Source of the DNA: Clostridia bacterium
GTDB taxonomy: Bacteria; Bacillota; Clostridia; UBA1212; DUPL01
Reading direction: 5' to 3'
NCBI GenBank assembly: GCA_050951325.1
Contig: JBMNIW010000002.1
Coordinates: 1-64,000 of the forward strand
DNA: 64,000 nt
Positions 51,503 to 61,269 of the stretch are shown here, in pieces. A model generated the notes under the pieces. That model searched no databases and was not told where the DNA came from. It worked only from the letters and a program-made list of their open reading frames with translations. The position numbers were made by a program, and so were the translations under genes. Numbering within the stretch: the first letter of the stretch is position 1; each line of letters starts with the position of its first letter.

Positions 51503-52783
51503 TTAGAGTTTATCGTAATAATATTCTATTGAGCAGATTTTTACGCATACACACAACACCCTGACCGCTTCCGCCAAATCTGAAACAGAAGGAAATGAAG
51601 GTGCAATCCTTATGTTTCTGTTTCTCGGATCTTTTTTGTACGGGAAGGTGGAACCTGCAGGAGTTAACAGTACGCCGCAATCTTTGGCAAGGGACACAAC
51701 CTTGTCTGCAAGACCGTCAATTGTATTAATGCTAATGAAGTAACCTCCTTTTGGCTTGCTCCACTCAAGTATGTCAAGACCTTCCAGTTCTTTTTCCAGG
51801 CTGTTCAATACAATATCGAACTTTGGTTTAAGCAACCTTGCGTGTTTTTTCATGTGTTCGATAATACCTTCATAGTCTTTAAGGAATTTTACATGCCTAA
51901 GCTGGTTCAATTTGTCAAAGCCAATTGTTTGTATGAACAAGTATTTGTTGTACCACTCGATATTGGCTTTACTTGAGGCAACAGCGGATATGCCCCCTCC
52001 GGCAAAGGTTATCTTTGAAGTAGAACAGAAGACAAAAGCCCTGTTTTCATTTCCGCTCTTTTGACATTCATCAACTATATTCAGAATCTTTTCTGGTCCG
52101 TTATCCAAAAAGTGTACTGCATATGCATCGTCAAAGAAAACCCTGAAATCTTCGGCTTTACATTCCATGTTTGCGATTCTTCTTATGGTTTCATCAGAAT
52201 ATGTACAACCATCGGGATTACTGTATCTGGGCATGGCCCACATGCCTTTTATAGACTCATCCTCCCTGACTAGCTTCTCAATCAAATCCATGTCCGGGCC
52301 GTCTTCCTTAAGCTCAACAGGAATCATGTCAATACCAAGATTTTCGCATATGGTAAAATGTCTGTCATATCCGGGAACAGGACAAATGAATTTTACTTTT
52401 TCAAGCTTGCTCCAGGGTGTACAGCCACCTCCTACGCCGCTTAACATGAATTTTGTAAGTATATTGTGCATTATATTTAAACTGGAGTTGCCGCATACAA
52501 TAACTTTTGATGCATCGACACCCATGATATCTCCCATCAATTTCTTAACTTCAGGAAGACCGTCCAGTATTCCATAGTTTCTGCAGTCAAAGCCGTTTTC
52601 TGCTTTGAAATCCCCAAGATATTTGATGTCACACATTTCATTAGAAAGTTCAAGTTGTTCAGGCGCAGGTTTGCCTCTTGTCATATCGTATGAGAATCTT
52701 TTGCTTTGATAGTAGTTATATCTTTCTCTTTCCTTCTTTAGTTCATTTAAAAGTTGTTCCTTGTTCATTTCCGAGTACTTCAT
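51503..52783 (-). CDS. PLP-dependent aminotransferase class I/II (aspartate aminotransferase-like)
   Basis: DMTRGKP, PGYDRHF, YSNPDG, DDAY, STSKITF, GGYF, NIRIAP. Confidence 0.9.
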   Translation of the reverse strand: MKYSEMNKEQLLNELKKERERYNYYQSKRFSYDMTRGKPAPEQLELSNEMCDIKYLGDFKAENGFDCRNYGILDGLPEVKKLMGDIMGVDASKVIVCGNSSLNIMHNILTKFMLSGVGGGCTPWSKLEKVKFICPVPGYDRHFTICENLGIDMIPVELKEDGPDMDLIEKLVREDESIKGMWAMPRYSNPDGCTYSDETIRRIANMECKAEDFRVFFDDAYAVHFLDNGPEKILNIVDECQKSGNENRAFVFCSTSKITFAGGGISAVASSKANIEWYNKYLFIQTIGFDKLNQLRHVKFLKDYEGIIEHMKKHARLLKPKFDIVLNSLEKELEGLDILEWSKPKGGYFISINTIDGLADKVVSLAKDCGVLLTPAGSTFPYKKDPRNRNIRIAPSFPSVSDLAEAVRVLCVCVKICSIEYYYDKL

Positions 52784-53017
52784 AATAACCCCCATAATAC
52801 AAAAAATCGCTTAATACACATTTTATGAATTAAGCGTATGCAAGTATACAACATTGTATACAAAAATACAATAAAGTCAACCCCGTAATCTTGAAAAATG
52901 TATTAAAAAAATCGGATTTGTACATCCTTTAATTCTATTCCATGTATTCAAATAGTTTGAATTATGCTTTATAATACATATAGCATTAGCAAGAACCAAG
53001 TGAAAGGAGCTTGTTTC

Positions 53018-54061
53018 ATGTCTGTTTTTTCTCATATTCCTAAAAGCACATACATCAAAGGTATTGAATGGCTGAGCGATAGAATACCTTATCCTGATCA
53101 TAGTGTTAAAGGAGACACTTATCCTGTAACATGGGCTGATGATGATGCAATTTATACCTCTTCAGGAGATCCACTTTGGGGAGGAAAAGAGCATGGTTTG
53201 GACGTTGAAAGGTTAATTGGCGGACCTACCGATTATAGGATTGACAGGATTAATAATATGGATGGATATATTGGATGGGGCGGAAACGGACCCAAGCCAA
53301 CTGGCATGATATGTGTTGACGGTATTTTGTATCTTGCTTTCCAGAACTTAAAAGGAGCCAGAAAGCCACCTCATAGTCTGTCATCACAGCATGGAAGCGA
53401 TGCCTATATTGTATATTCAGCAAACAAGGGTTTCTTCTGGGTGCCCTCCTTTGAAAATATAAAAGAACCTATGTTTCCCGGTCACAAATTTGGAGGTCCA
53501 TCATTTGTCAATTTCGGAAAAAACAATGAAAATGCGAAAGACGACTTTGTCTATGCGGTCTCCAGCGACCAATGGGACAACGGCAGCAACATACGACTTG
53601 GCCGCGTTCCAAAAGACAAGATTACTATAAAAGAATCCTGGGAATGGGTATGTGCTTTCACACCTTCATACGAGGCTGTTTGGAGTCATGATTTAAATGA
53701 ATCAATTCCTATTCTCAGCATCCACAAATGGATGGGAGTGCCTGAAATGGTTTATCTTGCAAGTATTGACAGATACCTAATGTTCAGCTGGAGATTCCAT
53801 AAGGACTTCTCGCCTGAAGATGGTACCGACCTGTTAATTTTCGAAGCTCCCGAACCATACGGACCCTTTTCCCTTGTGCATGTAGAGGAATATTGGGAAG
53901 GAAAAAACTTTACTCCGTATTGCCCCAGACTACCTCTCAAGTGGGTCGAACCGGATGGTGTAACCTGCTGGCTTCAGTTCTCAGGAAGCTGGGGTGTCGA
54001 AGGTCAGAAAAATGGATATTACAGGTCCAATGTACGGAGAATGAGACTGATTATGAAGTAG
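53018..54061 (+). CDS. DUF4185-like beta-propeller protein, probably cytoplasmic
   Basis: GDTYPVTWADD, KPTGMICVDGILY, FVNFGK, IRLGRVP, EAPEPYGPF; no signal peptide. Confidence 0.6.
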   Translation: MSVFSHIPKSTYIKGIEWLSDRIPYPDHSVKGDTYPVTWADDDAIYTSSGDPLWGGKEHGLDVERLIGGPTDYRIDRINNMDGYIGWGGNGPKPTGMICVDGILYLAFQNLKGARKPPHSLSSQHGSDAYIVYSANKGFFWVPSFENIKEPMFPGHKFGGPSFVNFGKNNENAKDDFVYAVSSDQWDNGSNIRLGRVPKDKITIKESWEWVCAFTPSYEAVWSHDLNESIPILSIHKWMGVPEMVYLASIDRYLMFSWRFHKDFSPEDGTDLLIFEAPEPYGPFSLVHVEEYWEGKNFTPYCPRLPLKWVEPDGVTCWLQFSGSWGVEGQKNGYYRSNVRRMRLIMK

Positions 54062-54671
54062 TAATATATTTTTTCAGAAAAGTCTTTCTATGTACCTTGG
54101 AGATGCCTAATGTCTCAATAGCCTCGTAATGGGCTTTCGTACCATAACCTTTATGTCTTGCAAAGCCGTAACCAGGGTACAGTGAATCCAGCTCCCTCAT
54201 TATTCTGTCCCTGGTTACTTTGGCTATAATTGAGGAAGCTGCTATGCAGAGACTTGACGCATCGCCGTGGGTTATCGATATCTGTTTTATATTCATATCA
54301 GGAATATGTACATGATCAACCAGAACCACTTCTGGGTTTTTTTCATTTAAATCCAACACTGCCTTTTGCATTGCAAGGTATGTGGCATTAAGAATGTTGA
54401 TTTCATCTATCACATCATTGTCCACAACACCTATACCGTAGGCAAGGCAGCTTTCAATTATCTTATCGAAAAGTTCCTCTCTTTTCTTTTCTGTTAGTTT
54501 CTTGGAATCCCTTGCTTCAGGCAAAGGATTCCTTGTATCAAAAACAACGCATGCTGCAACAACAGGCCCGGCAAGAGGACCGCGTCCTGCTTCGTCAATT
54601 CCACCTACAATATATATTCCTTCTTCTTTCAGTTTGTTTTCATACTCAAGCATGTTTATCTCTTCAGTCAC
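54051..54671 (-). CDS. rnhB: ribonuclease HII
   Basis: GIDEAGRGPLAGPV, DSKKL, AASSIIAKVTRD, HKGYGT; GTG start after GGGGAGG. Confidence 0.95.
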   Translation of the reverse strand: MTEEINMLEYENKLKEEGIYIVGGIDEAGRGPLAGPVVAACVVFDTRNPLPEARDSKKLTEKKREELFDKIIESCLAYGIGVVDNDVIDEINILNATYLAMQKAVLDLNEKNPEVVLVDHVHIPDMNIKQISITHGDASSLCIAASSIIAKVTRDRIMRELDSLYPGYGFARHKGYGTKAHYEAIETLGISKVHRKTFLKKYITTS

Positions 54672-55536
54672 TTGTTTCCTCCCCTGCTTCTTCCACTTCA
54701 TGATCAAGAGTAATTTTTCCAAGCCTTCCGTTTCTAAAGTCATCAAGTACCACTGTGGAAGCCCTTTGGTAATCAACTTCTCCTCCGTGAACAAGACATC
54801 CTCTTCTTTTGCCGCACTCCTCAAGCATTTGTACTCCTGTCATGTCTTTCGGATCAAATTTGTACCTTTCCTGAATTGCGTTAGGATATTTATCCCTTAA
54901 AAGCTCAAGGAGGTAAACCGCAAGAAGCGAGGTATCCAGGATGTCATCCTTTATGGCAGCGGTTATTGCAAGTTTTTTTGCTGCATCCTGATCTTCAAGT
55001 TTTGGCCACAAAAGACCTGGAGTATCCAGGAGGTAAACATTGTCATTTGCCTTCAGCCACTGCTTGTTTCTTGTAACACCGGGTCTGTCGCCTGTAACTG
55101 CAGAGTATTTTTTTGTAATGCGATTTATAAATGAGGATTTGCCCACATTTGGAACTCCAACTATCATAGCCTTAACAATCATGGCTTTGCGTCCCTTGGC
55201 CTTTTGTCGTTCCATCTTTTCTGACATTACATTCTCTATTTCCTTTAAAACATTCCTTACACCGTTTCCTGTTTTTGAGTCGGTAAAGATTACTTTGATG
55301 CCTTTTTCGTTAAAATATCTCTTATAATACTTATTCATTTCTGCATCTGCCAAGTCCGCCTTGTTGCAGGCTATGATTCTAGGCTTGTTCCCTATTATCT
55401 TGTCTATTTCCGGGTTTCTGCTGCTTATAGGTATTCTTGCATCAACCATTTCTACAACAACATCCACCATGGCAAGCCCTTCTTTTAATACTCGTCTGGC
55501 CCTTGCCATATGGCCCGGAAACCATTGTATAACCAT
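54664..55536 (-). CDS. rbgA: ribosome biogenesis GTPase RbgA/YlqF
   Basis: IQWFPGHM, DARIP, NKAD, GVPNVGKS, DTPG. Confidence 0.96.
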   Translation of the reverse strand: MVIQWFPGHMARARRVLKEGLAMVDVVVEMVDARIPISSRNPEIDKIIGNKPRIIACNKADLADAEMNKYYKRYFNEKGIKVIFTDSKTGNGVRNVLKEIENVMSEKMERQKAKGRKAMIVKAMIVGVPNVGKSSFINRITKKYSAVTGDRPGVTRNKQWLKANDNVYLLDTPGLLWPKLEDQDAAKKLAITAAIKDDILDTSLLAVYLLELLRDKYPNAIQERYKFDPKDMTGVQMLEECGKRRGCLVHGGEVDYQRASTVVLDDFRNGRLGKITLDHEVEEAGEETSD

Positions 55537-55554
55537 TTCAATTTCCACCTTTCA

Positions 55555-55839
55555 TTACTTAAATAGATTTGGAAAATTGTACGCTATATATGATATCAAA
55601 AGAATGTGAACAATTAATATCGCAGGTATTCCATAAATGAAACTGCCATGCTTTGTTTTATGTCTGAATATATGCATGGCAAGAAACACTCCTAAAGCTC
55701 CTCCTAGTATGGATACTAGGAAAAGAGTGGATTCCTTGGTACGGGTTCTGTGGTACATGGCCTTCCTTTTGTCCGAGAGCATTACAAGGAATCCCACAAT
55801 ATTCAATATGGCATAATACACAATAAATACTAGCTTCAA
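55555..55839 (-). CDS. DUF1294 family membrane protein
   Basis: DKRKA...RTKESTL, GGALG, FRHKTKH. Confidence 0.85.
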   Translation of the reverse strand: MKLVFIVYYAILNIVGFLVMLSDKRKAMYHRTRTKESTLFLVSILGGALGVFLAMHIFRHKTKHGSFIYGIPAILIVHILLISYIAYNFPNLFK

Positions 55840-55861
55840 AGTTAATCCGCCCATATCACAA

Positions 55862-57439
55862 TCATACCATGTTCTGAGATACTTCTGCAAGTTTCAGAAG
55901 TCTTGAAACAGTATTGTCAACGCTCTCGGGATTATTATTAAACTCCGAAAAGCTTCTAGCTATCTTTCTGGACAGAGCAAAAGTTGCATCCTTGAATTTT
56001 CTTTCAGCAATTTTTAATAGCTCATAATCCTGGATGCCGTCCCTTGTTGCAATGAACCTTGTGGATATATTTATTGTATTGTATTCCACATTGGGATAAA
56101 CAATATGGCCGTCACCCTTGAACCTGGCATTTGGAAGACAGCTGTAAAGGTCATTACCTGCAAAATAGTTGTAGCCCCAATGCAGGAATCCTGTAATGTT
56201 TTGAGTATAACATGCCCAGGTTATCAGTCTGGAATGTATATGGGGGTGATCTATGAACTTGTTAAGGTACCAATGTTCTTCAGGGAAGCAGCATGAATAC
56301 ACCCAGACTTCCTTGCCAGCTTTTTGCATGTCTCTGAAGAAGTCCGCTCCTTCCTCAAAAACTTCTATTCTGGGTATGAACTGATCACAATAGTCTTTTA
56401 ACAGTTTTGAGACTGACAACATATCCAAAGGCTCTCCGCAAAAAACGCCGGGCATTAATCTTTCAACCTTTTTTCTTGCCCATATCCAATATTTGTCCTG
56501 ATGCGGTTCATCTTGAAGTCTCATTCTGAATCTGTCAAGAAGACCAAGTTCCTTGATATGCTCATACAGAGCACAGTAGAATGCATCTGTAAAGGCCTCC
56601 CCTTTTTCGCTCTCTATCTCTACAGACACTATATTGGAGTTTTCGTCAAGGCACAAAACCGTGTCATTCATTACAGGATTAATTATTGAACAACAGGAAA
56701 GGCTTTTCACAGCATTTCTATCAATAAAGAATTTGATGAACCTGTCAAACAGTTCCCAGTTAAACTCCCATTTGTTATTCTCAACTTCCCTTGAACCTGC
56801 GTCTGCAAGCAGAGGCATGATTCTAATATCCAAAGAGTTGTTTCTGATTTGCAAAAAGCTCTTTGCATATTCGTCCATAAGCTCCCACCACTTATCTGAA
56901 TACCTTTCATATTCGTAATTAGCAAAGTTCTTTTGTTCCTTTTTATCCTTATACGGGAAAAAGTCAAAGGGCAGGAAAAAGTATTCGAGGTTGAATTCCG
57001 AGTCCTTGGTATCAGGTATAATCACATTGTAAATATGGAGGTATACCGGTACGGTGAAATTTCCTTGAGATGTGAAGATCTCAACAAAGAAATCTTGCCG
57101 GCCTTCTTTTACATCTCTTGGTATGAAAAAATTGAGCCATATTCCTTGAGTGCTGTGAGGAAGCACGCTTAACCTGCCCACATGCTTTATAGCTACCAGC
57201 TCATCAGGATACGGTAATCCATCGTTGAATACGTTGTATCGCTGATAGTAGATGTCGCAAGGAAATTCCGTATGTGCCTTTACATCCAATATCTCAAAGC
57301 CTTCAATACTTCTAAGCAAGATTTGACCTGAGACATACGCATTTTTCGCACTTTCAAGAACAAGAAAACTCATTGAAGTCCTTGTTATGCGGGTGTTTTT
57401 GTAAACTCTTTCATTGGCAGATGCTGTCCAGATATACAT
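55862..57439 (-). CDS. DUF4091 / GH123-like glycoside hydrolase, cytoplasmic
   Basis: QDEP, VWVYSCC, GFLHWGYN, GDGHIVYP, RDGIQDYELL. Confidence 0.8.
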   Translation of the reverse strand: MYIWTASANERVYKNTRITRTSMSFLVLESAKNAYVSGQILLRSIEGFEILDVKAHTEFPCDIYYQRYNVFNDGLPYPDELVAIKHVGRLSVLPHSTQGIWLNFFIPRDVKEGRQDFFVEIFTSQGNFTVPVYLHIYNVIIPDTKDSEFNLEYFFLPFDFFPYKDKKEQKNFANYEYERYSDKWWELMDEYAKSFLQIRNNSLDIRIMPLLADAGSREVENNKWEFNWELFDRFIKFFIDRNAVKSLSCCSIINPVMNDTVLCLDENSNIVSVEIESEKGEAFTDAFYCALYEHIKELGLLDRFRMRLQDEPHQDKYWIWARKKVERLMPGVFCGEPLDMLSVSKLLKDYCDQFIPRIEVFEEGADFFRDMQKAGKEVWVYSCCFPEEHWYLNKFIDHPHIHSRLITWACYTQNITGFLHWGYNYFAGNDLYSCLPNARFKGDGHIVYPNVEYNTINISTRFIATRDGIQDYELLKIAERKFKDATFALSRKIARSFSEFNNNPESVDNTVSRLLKLAEVSQNMV

Positions 57440-57481
57440 GTTTATCCCTCCTAAAAAATATTTATTTCCAACAAAATAAAC

Positions 57482-57511
57482 ATGCGCATCGGGTCATTAC
57501 CCAATGCGCAT
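57482..57511 (-). terminator. hairpin between the two DUF4091 genes
   Basis: ATGCGCATCGGGT...ACCCAATGCGCAT. Confidence 0.55.
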
Positions 57512-57517
57512 TAAACT

Positions 57518-59833
57518 TTACTTAATTACACCTTCTTTAATAGTCTTTTCAATAAGGTTGCCGAGTGCAATTTTCACTTCTGTAAATGTCGTCTCATCCT
57601 CAGTGTACTTGTAAAGGGATGTGGTAATCCTGCTTATTACATTGTCCACAGTTTCCTTGCCATAGTGTTTTTCAAGGATGGTAAGATACTCGAAGTCCTC
57701 TATTCCGTCCCTTACACATTCAAGTCTCAAGGAGCCTACAGGACCATAGATTCCTACATAAGCACCGCAGTACACGAGAACGCCATTTCCGTAAACATCG
57801 TACAGATGTGTCTTTTCGTGTTTTGCATTCCAAGCAAGATCGTTTCCTTCTGGATACCAGTCATTTGTCATGTAATAGAGGAAATTGTCCACATTATACA
57901 GTTTCTGCTGCCAGAACAGTACCCTGTACTTAACTGCTTTGGTTTCCATTGTGAGAGTGATTTCAGGATAGTTGGGAACACGTGTTACATACCACCAAAC
58001 ATCGTCACCCTCTGCCTGGTGTTTTGCCATTCTCTCAGGGAATGTGCCAAGATTTTTCTCAAGCATTCCGGACATGTAGTATGTCAGGTAAGGATTCTTT
58101 TTGTAATCCTCATATGTGTTGAAGAAAAATGTTTTTGGACACCATGCTGTTACATAATCAGCCACATACTCAAAATGATCCATGGTTGATTCCGGATTCA
58201 TGGACAAGTTGAAATGCATAGGCACAAGCAGCTTGTGGTTAGGGAAGTTCTGCTTTATGATCTCACCAAAGGTTCTTACCTGATCGAGCATGGTGATATC
58301 AATAGGTTCGTCTACCGGATAGAAGTATGTCTTGTCAAGCCATTCCTGCTTCTGGGAGAGAAAATCATAGGAATGTTTGACATTATCTCCGGTAAGTTTT
58401 CTTTTCCAACCCATATTGAGGAATGCTCTAACACGTGGATTATCCAAGTATTCTACAATTCTTGGGTCACTATAGTATTCGGTGGAATAAGGAAGCGTAT
58501 ATGAGTTGATTCTGTTTTCAAGCAGAAAATCATAATAGTTTTTGTAAAGCTGTTCGTCATCTCCTTCGTGAACCCCATGCAACGTATAAACTGCAAAGGA
58601 GCTCGTATCCATTAGGGTCTTGCATGATGTTTCCTCAGGGAGTTCAAAATCCCAAACATATGCAAACACCTTTGCTTTTTTGACCTCTTGTCCGCTTGAG
58701 TCTTTAAGGGTAACTGTGGCAACGTATTCGCCTGCTTCGCTATCAAGTGTACTCATTACCTTTATTACAAAGGTTTTACTCTTGTTTGCTTTCAGGTCAA
58801 AGGGTCCGTCAAGAGGTGGAAGTGGATCGATTATCATTTCTTCCCTGACCTCGAAATAATAGCCGTACAAGAGTTCGGTTCTCAGAGTTTTTCCGTTCTT
58901 GTTTGTGAAGTCGGTTATCTCAAGAGTCATGTTTGAATAATCTTGTTTTGTTGAGAAAATCAACTGACAGGCCTCCAGCTCGTTCTTTGCAAGCCTAAGC
59001 TGGTATGTTTTCATATCTCCTGGAGTTGTCTCGCCTTCCGGAGTTCTTGTATATGTGTGATTAAACCACATATTTATATTCTTATCCTCATTGGCTGCTG
59101 TAAGAGGTGCATACTTTGAATATTCTGTTTCCGGATCTTCGATGGATAATAGTTTCTTTATGTATTCTTCAGTTTTAGCGTCCAGAATGTTTTCAAGCTC
59201 CGTACTAATATCAAGTCCCATAACCTGGCATGCAATATCCATATCTTTTGCAAACATTATTTCTGATATGTACATTGTTTCGCCTTTTGACACTGCCGCA
59301 GTAGCAAAGTCAAATCTTAAAACATTTATGCTGTCAGTCCAGTTAGGGTCCTTGGTCATGTCAAACAACACATACTGCCATTTTTCGCTACTGTTGTCAT
59401 ATATTGATGTTTTGGAATGTCCTATTTCGATTGTAGTGCTGTTTCCTGTAGCATAGAAAAGCTCAAAGTTGCATGAAATCATATCTGAAACTTTTATCTT
59501 CAGAAGTACAACCTTATATTCATCGCCTTTTACGCTATCATCGCCAATTTCTCTCAAATAGTCACCCAGATTGAGACTGACGAAAGGATCATTAGCCTGA
59601 TTTATGGATGTGGATAGTTTTAAGACTTTGCCTTCTTTTCTATCCTTGGTAAAATCATGCGAGCATTGGTTATGTCCAAAAATGTGTTTGTCCAAAACCT
59701 TGTCGTTATCAAATTTTACTCTTCTTAGCTGCTCTTTCGTAAAGTTAAGTTTGTCGTCTTCTTTAGTGCATCCAACCGTTAAAACCAATAAAATGGTAAA
59801 AATTATGCATAAAACCCTAGAAATTTTTTTCAT
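57518..59833 (-). CDS. lipoprotein with N-terminal accessory domain and DUF4091 / GH123-like hydrolase
   Basis: Lipobox TVGC; LAKNELEACQ, VDEP, VWWY, GNGVLVY, SLRLECVRDGIEDFEYL. Confidence 0.8.
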   Translation of the reverse strand: MKKISRVLCIIFTILLVLTVGCTKEDDKLNFTKEQLRRVKFDNDKVLDKHIFGHNQCSHDFTKDRKEGKVLKLSTSINQANDPFVSLNLGDYLREIGDDSVKGDEYKVVLLKIKVSDMISCNFELFYATGNSTTIEIGHSKTSIYDNSSEKWQYVLFDMTKDPNWTDSINVLRFDFATAAVSKGETMYISEIMFAKDMDIACQVMGLDISTELENILDAKTEEYIKKLLSIEDPETEYSKYAPLTAANEDKNINMWFNHTYTRTPEGETTPGDMKTYQLRLAKNELEACQLIFSTKQDYSNMTLEITDFTNKNGKTLRTELLYGYYFEVREEMIIDPLPPLDGPFDLKANKSKTFVIKVMSTLDSEAGEYVATVTLKDSSGQEVKKAKVFAYVWDFELPEETSCKTLMDTSSFAVYTLHGVHEGDDEQLYKNYYDFLLENRINSYTLPYSTEYYSDPRIVEYLDNPRVRAFLNMGWKRKLTGDNVKHSYDFLSQKQEWLDKTYFYPVDEPIDITMLDQVRTFGEIIKQNFPNHKLLVPMHFNLSMNPESTMDHFEYVADYVTAWCPKTFFFNTYEDYKKNPYLTYYMSGMLEKNLGTFPERMAKHQAEGDDVWWYVTRVPNYPEITLTMETKAVKYRVLFWQQKLYNVDNFLYYMTNDWYPEGNDLAWNAKHEKTHLYDVYGNGVLVYCGAYVGIYGPVGSLRLECVRDGIEDFEYLTILEKHYGKETVDNVISRITTSLYKYTEDETTFTEVKIALGNLIEKTIKEGVIK

Positions 59834-59995
59834 TTTACGCTTCTCCTTTTTTTTACTTGACTAACTCTTATAGCAACCCCAGTAATTATACACAGAAATA
59901 TATGTAATTTGCAAGATGGTTTTTACAATTATTTGCCTTGATAATAAAATAGTGCTATTATATGCTCAAATAACATATCTCAAGGAGGTAGTTCT

Positions 59996-61231
59996 ATGAG
60001 AAGAATTAAAGATGTTTACGGTAGAGAAATACTGGATTCCAGAGGAAACCCAACTGTTGAAGCAGTAGTTATACTCAATGATGGTACAGTCGCTACCGGA
60101 ATGGTGCCATCCGGTGCTTCAACTGGAGAATATGAAGCATTGGAACTTAGGGATGGCGGAACCAGATATGGCGGAAAAGGTGTACAAAAGGCCGTAAAGA
60201 ATATTGACGGCCCCATTAGAGATGCCGTAGTTGGTCTTGACGTTACAGATATATACACCATTGACAGGTTAATGATAGAGGCGGATGGAACAAAAGAAAA
60301 GAAAAAACTAGGTGCAAACAGCATCCTGGCTGTTTCCCTTGCTTGCAGCCACGCAGCTGCAAAGAGCTTGAACATCCCTCTATACAGATTCCTGGGCGGA
60401 GCTGCAGGTACGAAACTTCCAAGACCCATGATGAACATTCTGAATGGTGGTGCTCATGCCGACAATAATGTGGATATACAGGAATTCATGATACTTCCAA
60501 CAGAAGAGGATTTTACGGTATCTCTTGAGCAGTGTGCAAATGTGTTCCACACTTTGAAAGCGCTACTTAAGTCAAAGGGATTGTCCACAGCTGTTGGAGA
60601 TGAAGGAGGATTCGCACCGAATTTGAGCGATGATACTGAAGCTATCGAGCTTATCCTTCAGGCGGTTGAAAAGGCAGGCTACAAAGTTGGACAGGATTTC
60701 AACATTGCACTGGATGCAGCAGCGAGTGAATGGAAAACAGACAAAGGATATTTGTTCCCTAAGAAAAACAAGGAAATGACGGTGGAAGAGCTTGTTTCGT
60801 ATTGGGAGAAGCTAGTAAGCGATTATCCCATAGTGTCAATTGAGGATCCATTGGGAGAAAACGATTGGGATGCCTTTACTGAACTTACAAAACGCATTGG
60901 TGATAAAATCATGGTTGTCGGTGATGACTTGTTCGTTACAAATCCGGAAAGATTGGTAAAAGGAATTGAACTGAATGCAGGCAACTCAATTCTTATCAAG
61001 CTGAATCAAATTGGTTCTGTTAGCGAGACATTGAAGACTATCCGGATTGCTCAGGATGCTGGATTCAATGTAATCGTATCGCATCGTTCCGGTGAAACTG
61101 AAGATACAACCATCTCTGATTTGGCTGTAGCAACAAACGCAGGTTTCATAAAGACCGGTGCCCCAAGCCGCGGAGAGAGGGTTGCAAAGTACAACAGACT
61201 CTTAAGAATTGCAGACAAAAGACCATGCTGA
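59996..61231 (+). CDS. eno: enolase
   Basis: [52 protein letters not shown]. Confidence 0.97.
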   Translation: MRRIKDVYGREILDSRGNPTVEAVVILNDGTVATGMVPSGASTGEYEALELRDGGTRYGGKGVQKAVKNIDGPIRDAVVGLDVTDIYTIDRLMIEADGTKEKKKLGANSILAVSLACSHAAAKSLNIPLYRFLGGAAGTKLPRPMMNILNGGAHADNNVDIQEFMILPTEEDFTVSLEQCANVFHTLKALLKSKGLSTAVGDEGGFAPNLSDDTEAIELILQAVEKAGYKVGQDFNIALDAAASEWKTDKGYLFPKKNKEMTVEELVSYWEKLVSDYPIVSIEDPLGENDWDAFTELTKRIGDKIMVVGDDLFVTNPERLVKGIELNAGNSILIKLNQIGSVSETLKTIRIAQDAGFNVIVSHRSGETEDTTISDLAVATNAGFIKTGAPSRGERVAKYNRLLRIADKRPC

Positions 61232-61234
61232 TTA

Positions 61235-61262
61235 TTAAGGAGCCCAAATTTGGGCTCCTTAA
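61235..61262. terminator. perfect palindromic bidirectional terminator
   Basis: TTAAGGAGCCCAAATTTGGGCTCCTTAA. Confidence 0.8.
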
Positions 61263-61269
61263 CATATCT

